From: Dudresnaya verticillata
Taxonomy: Eukaryota
Assembly (NCBI GenBank): GCA_977862235.1
Contig: OZ374558.1
Span: 1,984,001 to 2,048,000 of the forward strand
Reading direction: 5' to 3'
Length of the DNA: 64,000 bases
Shown here: in pieces, positions 58,000 to 64,000 of the stretch
Numbering within the stretch: the stretch's first letter is position 1
How the letters are laid out: each line of letters starts with the position of its first letter
The notes under the pieces: model-generated
The model's input: only the letters and a program-made list of their open reading frames with translations
What the model was told of the DNA's origin: nothing
The model's database searches: none
Position numbers and translations under genes: made by a program

Positions 58000-59400
58000 C
58001 CGGGACCAGATAACCGTTATCAACATCCAAAATACAGAGCTGCAACAACTTCTCTCCTGCCGCCCAGGTTTCTCCCCATACATCAACAGTGCGTTGCAGC
58101 GTTTCTTAAAATTCTTACTTCTTACTTCTTACTTCACTGCGCTAAGAACTCCCGTGCCTCCAGGAACGGGCTCTGTGTCCTGTGCGCTACCAGCAACCGC
58201 AATCAGCAGAAGATACAACAACAGCAATTTTGGCAGCATCAGCTTCAGAAGGGCCTTGTTCTTCTTGAGATATTGGGTCAGAACTGGAAAGAAGTTTGCG
58301 TGGAAGATCCGCGAGGCTCAGGGATCACAAACAGCGAAGAAGTGTAGGTACCGCAACAGAAGGAAGCAGTCGGAAGCTCTAAACAGGAATTCCAGGTACC
58401 TGGGAAGAAGGGTAGGAGAATACCAGCTCTCAAATCACGTGCTAAGAAGGCATCCATGACCCAGAAAGCGAGACCAAAAGGCTACCCTCGAGAAGAAGAA
58501 GGTTTTCAAGGGCACAGCAGCGAGGTAGGGGGACACAGTCGAACCGTAATGAATCCGCTCAAGGTCATGCTTCCGGTTCGAGTACATCCTCTGCTCCTGG
58601 CCCAAGAACTTCCGAGAATGAAAATTCGTCGCGAGGAAAACGGAATGTATCACATAGCGCTGCAAAACATAATCCTACAGTGACTGAGGGAAGCTTCAAT
58701 TTGGATGCCTCGTTCACAACTTCCCATGTTGGCACTGCAATCCATGACGTAAAACTGGCTACCCGAACACACCCAAGCGTTCTGTCGCACGAGGCTCTCT
58801 CCATTGTCCACAAGAATCTAGCGTTCATTCAAACAAGGATGAGATGCATCTCCTGTTCTTGCAATTCAGTAACAATGTTCACTTGTTTTCGTAGCACTTT
58901 CAATAGATGCAGAAATGTTCTATGACTTGCATGTGCTGAAGAATCCGACGACAGGATTCTTAAGCTTAGCGGAAAGGATCTTGAGGAATGGAAATGCCGA
59001 GAGTGTGAAAGCAGGCAAGGTGACTTTGGGGGCCGACTTGAGGATTCCTATCTTGCTGAAGGACTTGTAGAACGGGGAAAGACTTTCGATGTTTCATCTG
59101 GAACGTGCATTGGAATTCTCTTGGCGAAAAGCAAGCTGTCAAGCCGAATTCAGTTCTTTAGATAGGCATGGGACAGGGAATTGAAGATGCTGCGGGGGTG
59201 CAGTCCGGGATTTCCCATGTCCCTGAGGACATTCATGGGCGGGCTCCTCCTGTACCTTTATCAAGTGGCTTTGGACATGGCGAAGAAATTGCAAACCAGT
59301 ATGTGTTGAAGGCAAGGAAGGCATTTGTCAAGACGTGCATGCCTTTCTTGACGAATATGATGTGCTGCGACGATAGATTGCAATAGAACCGGACGAGCCA
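58000..59400 (+). pseudogene. Degenerate paralogue of the 51547..52908 Cys-rich gene
   Basis: TRMRCISC..MFTCFRSTFNRCRNVL*LACA..ILKLSGKDLEEWKCRECE aligns with domain 2, with TGA at 58923 replacing a conserved Cys. NGLCVLCA matches domain 1. Further stops or frameshifts are present. Confidence 0.75.
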
Positions 59401-62400
59401 ATCTCAAAAGCACAGAATGAAGTGCAGAGCGATAAGATGCCACGAAACGACGATATACCATCCGAACCTTTCTGGTGACCGGTCCCACTGAAGCGCAAGC
59501 AAGTGGCTAAGAACAGTGACGAAATTTCTGCGCTAGCCGTCTTACTGTTATCCCAAAACAAAAGCAGTGCGTTCGTTGACGATGAAGATGAGACGCCTAC
59601 ACAATGAAGGGAAAAATGGTAGGCCAAATCCGTTGCGGTAGTGCTCACGTTGTCTTAGATGATTCCCTGTTTCTGTGCCGGTGGGGTTGCCTGCGTGTCC
59701 AAGCGTTGATATCAGTCTCGGTAGAGATGGACATGATGCCAAGGAGAAGTAGAGATGGATGGGTAATTGCAGGAGGTTAAAAAAAGTCAGCAGAGGGAGC
59801 ATTCGGCTCATAGTGCTGGATAAGGAAGTGAGTGAACAATTTGAACAGAGTAAAGGTTAAAGGTGTGGTCTCCGACGTAGTATGCCGATACAAACGCCAT
59901 ACGGAAGGCTAGATCACAAGTTGCAGTCTTCTTCTCTTCATGGTCATAAGACCATCCGGCCAAGCAGTCGGAGATGCGTGCTATCCACTCCCTCGTGGTC
60001 AGAAGCGTTTTTTCGTCGCGCTGGGAGACGACATCTTTCGCATGCGCGGGAGATCTTTTGCGGAGCACTTGTGCTGTGACAATCCGCGCTTGCACAAAGT
60101 AAAGAGAGTCGAACGCTAACGCCCAGCAAACGAAGGCAATCGCGCTCGACCAGGAAAGAACGGCAACACTTCGGCGCTGCAAACGCGCGTTGTTCGCCCG
60201 AGATCAGATTGCTGCCCCCGCTGCAATGGGACCGGGTTGCCAGTGGCCGGCTCAAGGCCGTTCCGCTGGGTCTCGGGCATCGTACCCCTAGTCGATCTTC
60301 TTCTTCGTCCCCGAGTGGTCGTCTTCCTGTTTCGTCCTCCTCTCCGGCTGACAGTCCCCCTGGACTCCCTCTTGATCGAGAGCCTGTTGCACCTCGCCTT
60401 CCACGCTTGTGGCGCATGGGACAGCGTGTCCCTTTCCCATTACAGACGCAATGCCTTACAGTCTTCGTCCACACTGTTGACGAGGAGATGAGGTACTGGG
60501 CGTGAGAGTGCGTAGACCGGCGGCGACGGCAGCGGAGGGGCAATGTCAAGGCGGCATGGTGGTATGTGTCAAAAGAGTCCTCCACGTGCCGTGCAACGTG
60601 TCAAAAGCGTCTTCTGCTGCGGTTATGGACGTGAGTTTTCGCGTCGCGACGGACGTTTCTTCAGGACGAGTGCCGAGAGATGCTCAACAAGAGTATCGTT
60701 CCTCTCTATTTTCCATCGCTCCCACCGTGACTTTTGTTGTCTTCCGATAAATGACAACAACTTGTCTTCTATAGTCCTGAGGGGCGGGGAACCAACTTGG
60801 GGAGCATTAATAAATGCGATGGTATGGCCGAGCTTCTATTCAAGAAAGAATAAATATAGATACCGATAAGCTTCCCTCTCTCCAGGACTGCTGAGCATCC
60901 CCTTAATGGTCGTCAGCGTTCGCACGAAAAGCAACGGAAATACGGACACTTTCTTAACAACGCCCCGGCTTTACCTGTGTTCGAAACAACGTCCACGGTT
61001 CCCTCCGGTTCTTCAAGCTATCCAACGTACACGATGTTTTACCCATAATTTACACGACGGCATGAGGTATTCTCTAAATTCCTGTATCTCCAAGATAATT
61101 GATTATGGGGAATCGTACCATTTATCGAGCACCCTTGACATCCAGTTTCAGATAGTACTCTGTTACTTGAAGTTTAGTAGCAGGTCACCCCGTAGAACAT
61201 GGATAGCGCGAGTACAAAACACTTCCATTCTTGCACGGGCCTGACGTCCTTGCATTCGCAGTCACCGGGGATGTCCGTGCTCGCCCGACCTCGAGCGCGA
61301 GCCCTTCTCTGGCTTCGGCTGAGTGCCTTGATCGTGTGCCCCTGGACCTTGCAACCTTTCTTGAGAGCCCCCGGGGTGTCTTCGGCCAATTTTCGTGCCG
61401 TTACAAGCGGAGGTACCGTACTAGAGAGATGGGACCTTCATGATAGGATTCGAAGGGCGCTACCGTACTACAGCAATGTGGTCGGAAATGTTACTCTTCA
61501 ACCCTGCATTGGTCCGCGTGGGAAGTTCCCGAAGGCCCGCCGGGTCTGCTTTGTAGTCTCTCTGTCCAGTTCAACCTTCCAACAACAGTTTCTGCTGTTC
61601 CGGACGGCGACGGCAATGGATTCCGAACTCCGTTCAGTTTATTCCGTCGAACAACTGCCCCTTCTTGTTATCATCTCACAAAAACCCACGGGAAGGCCTT
61701 TTATCATTTTCCTAAGCTGCAGGAACTCTTTTGAGAGGCGAACCAAAAATCGAGTAACGACAGCCCTTCTTGCAGCACTGATAAGAAAGCTGCAGATACT
61801 GCAGAGATATTCCGGACGAGGGCTGTATTTTTGGGGATGAGAAACTAGCTCCACGACAACTTTAGCAGCCTCCAGGCATTCGCTAATATAACAGAAGTAC
61901 CCCTAATCTTTTGTTTTTGCAATAGATATCAAGTGGCAAGTATTTGGGCATACCAATATGAACATCAGAATGCAGTTTTGGTACATATTTGCTGCGCGTA
62001 CTGCGAAAACGAAGTGTGTTCCATGCAGTATGTGCCTACCGTCTAAATTAGAATGGGTGGATTGCGATGAGAATATCAATTCTAATTGCTCACTTACAAT
62101 CTTTTGGGAAAGCGGACTGATAAGACTCTTGTGTATTGTATACATGTTTGTCAATGCAGGCTCCTTGGCAAACACTTAACATGTTTATTGCAATATTTAG
62201 TTAAGAACTATTCCAGACTGTCGCAATACTTATTGGGTATTGCACTTTGAAGAGTAGTCATTTTCAATAGCGCAGTGGGGAGGGCGGTTAAGCTGTTTAT
62301 AACAGTCGCTGTTGGACTGTTTATCAGGGGCGATTGAAACAGACCGCAGATTACTATTATACCTAGCGCTATATTTCAATGCAATTGCTGAGATTCCGTA

Positions 62401-63222
62401 GGATCGGCAGCTCTGCATACGACTATATAGTATTATCGGAATGCTTGATAGAGACGTTTATTTATGTTCTTTTCAAGTCTTCTGTGGGGCTTCACGACTG
62501 GTTCAATTCGAGAATAGGTTCAGAACGCAAACAGCAACTTTCTTCTTCCTTGAAGGAGGTTGAGATGTTCGGGCTGTCTCCCGGCGACGAGTGGAAACGT
62601 GGGCCGAAGGGCCTGTTATCAGGACGAGGCAAAGCCGAGTGCCAGCTTGGCGGACTCAAGCACGGTGGGATGCAGTAGTGAAAATATTAGGCCTACTCAT
62701 ATCGCCCATGATAGTATATATGTTCACAAATGTTATGAAAGATGAGGGAGCATATTTGTTGATGGTGAAAATAGTGGTATAGAGTTGTAGAGTTGTAGGG
62801 TGAGCCAACGATATTAAGGTATAGTTTATGGCTTAGTCCTTCGTGTAGAAAAGGCGTGCCCAATTGTGTTCTGGCATAGCACCACTGCATGCTTCTATAC
62901 TACGGAGAAATCACTTTATCATATAGATCATTCTCAGATAGCGAGTCACCCGATATATGCTATCTCGTAGCTAACAATATTAGTTCATATTAACATTGAA
63001 CAGAGCATTGTGGTACTAAAGAGGATAAAAACACAGCAATTGTACACGTTCAGATACAGATTCTGAGTTAAAGGATTGTGAATCGCGCAAGCTGTATCGA
63101 GTGACTTGTATATAACTTGCATCAATTGATAACAGTTCCAAAAGGGATCATCCTTCATTAACAAATGTATTTACGAAAAGGCAATGAATGAGATTATATC
63201 AAATACAATAACCGCCCATGCA

Positions 63223-64000
63223 CTAGTGTTCGAGCATTGACGCTCTTTCAAACAGCTTCTTAGCCCTTATCGGATCTTTTCTCACGCCATGGCTGCCATT
63301 CCTCAGTAATAAAGCCAACCCCAGCATTGCATCCACGTCACCACCCGCAGCAGCTTGTTCATATAAATTCCTTGCTCGTAAGGGATTTTGGGGCACTCTA
63401 CCTTCTACTATCAACTCTGCTAGCATCACCATGGCCTTCAAATCACCACATTCTATAGCACGTTCCAAGAGGGCGACAGCCTGAGGAATATTAGTTGAGT
63501 CCTCCTGCCCGCCCATAATGAACAATTTGGCCAGTCTGAGCATTGCAGCAACGCTATCTGAGCAATATATTGCAGCGATATAGAGACGCATGGCAAGCAA
63601 AACGTCTTTCTCAGCTGCGTTTTGGCTATTCTCTATCTTGTCACCAAGCCTGATCAATGCCACATCAACACCAGCAGCGACTGAATTTGTTCGGAAAGCG
63701 CTGTGACGAGAGGAATGTTCAAACCCATCTTCAAAAATGCCAAGCATTAGTACGGTTACCTTGTTCGCAGCGGTGAAGTTCCTGTTCTCAACAGCAAGCT
63801 CGAGAAAGTTCATCACCGCACGAGGATTCTTTTTCACCATACCTTTGTTAAGCTGTAGAAAGTGTACGAGCTCAGTCATCGCACTTCGATTTCCACTCAT
63901 TGCAGAAGTCACGTATATTTCCATCGCCTTATCTAAATCTTTTCTGATTTCGGGGGTCCCCTCTTCGAATATACGAGCCAGGAGAATTACTGCCTCTTCG
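63223..64000 (-). CDS. Sel1-like repeat protein (3' part; frame open to the window end)
   Basis: Repeated AM..LA.L...G....D/N...A..L.E.A...G motif. The upstream frame continues as EEAVILLARIFEEGTPEIRKDLDKAM. Confidence 0.9.
   Translation of the reverse strand, partial: EEAVILLARIFEEGTPEIRKDLDKAMEIYVTSAMSGNRSAMTELVHFLQLNKGMVKKNPRAVMNFLELAVENRNFTAANKVTVLMLGIFEDGFEHSSRHSAFRTNSVAAGVDVALIRLGDKIENSQNAAEKDVLLAMRLYIAAIYCSDSVAAMLRLAKLFIMGGQEDSTNIPQAVALLERAIECGDLKAMVMLAELIVEGRVPQNPLRARNLYEQAAAGGDVDAMLGLALLLRNGSHGVRKDPIRAKKLFERASMLEH

Noticed and set aside
59808..61854. Two 213-aa ORFs (59944..60585 -, 61199..61840 +)
   Set aside because: Overlapping ORFs on both strands with no motifs or paralogues; a real frame cannot be chosen.

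Overview
Eukaryotic nuclear DNA. The compact, intron-poor genes, Sel1-repeat gene and retroelement types suggest a red alga, but this is inference only. No rRNA, tRNA or CRISPR was seen. The left ~51 kb is a mosaic tandem amplification of a ~14-18 kb cassette. In order, the cassette holds a divergent casein-kinase-1-like gene (-), a 5'-truncated RLE-type non-LTR fragment, a broken C2H2 zinc-finger gene, a LINE-like remnant, an orphan basic/coiled-coil ORF, a second degraded RLE remnant, a minisatellite-rich module 'B' and one or two copies of an unidentified ~2.68-kb module 'M'. Units 1 and 2 are offset by 14,017 bp and are nearly identical. Unit 3 is more diverged and carries a 2.3-kb CRE-like non-LTR retrotransposon (13-bp TSD) and a complete chromodomain-bearing Ty3/Gypsy element (4-bp TSD) whose RT has lost a catalytic Asp. 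The most coherent hidden signal is one CRE-like family with a shared 3' GC hairpin and ATAAAGGTCTC terminus. It is present as 2283-, 477-, 38- and 20-bp insertions flanked by duplications of 9 to 99 bp. The right ~13 kb is mostly single-copy: a Cys-rich gene plus a pseudogenised paralogue, a 234-bp diverged inverted duplication, and a Sel1-repeat gene running off the window. All alignments and counts were done by eye.
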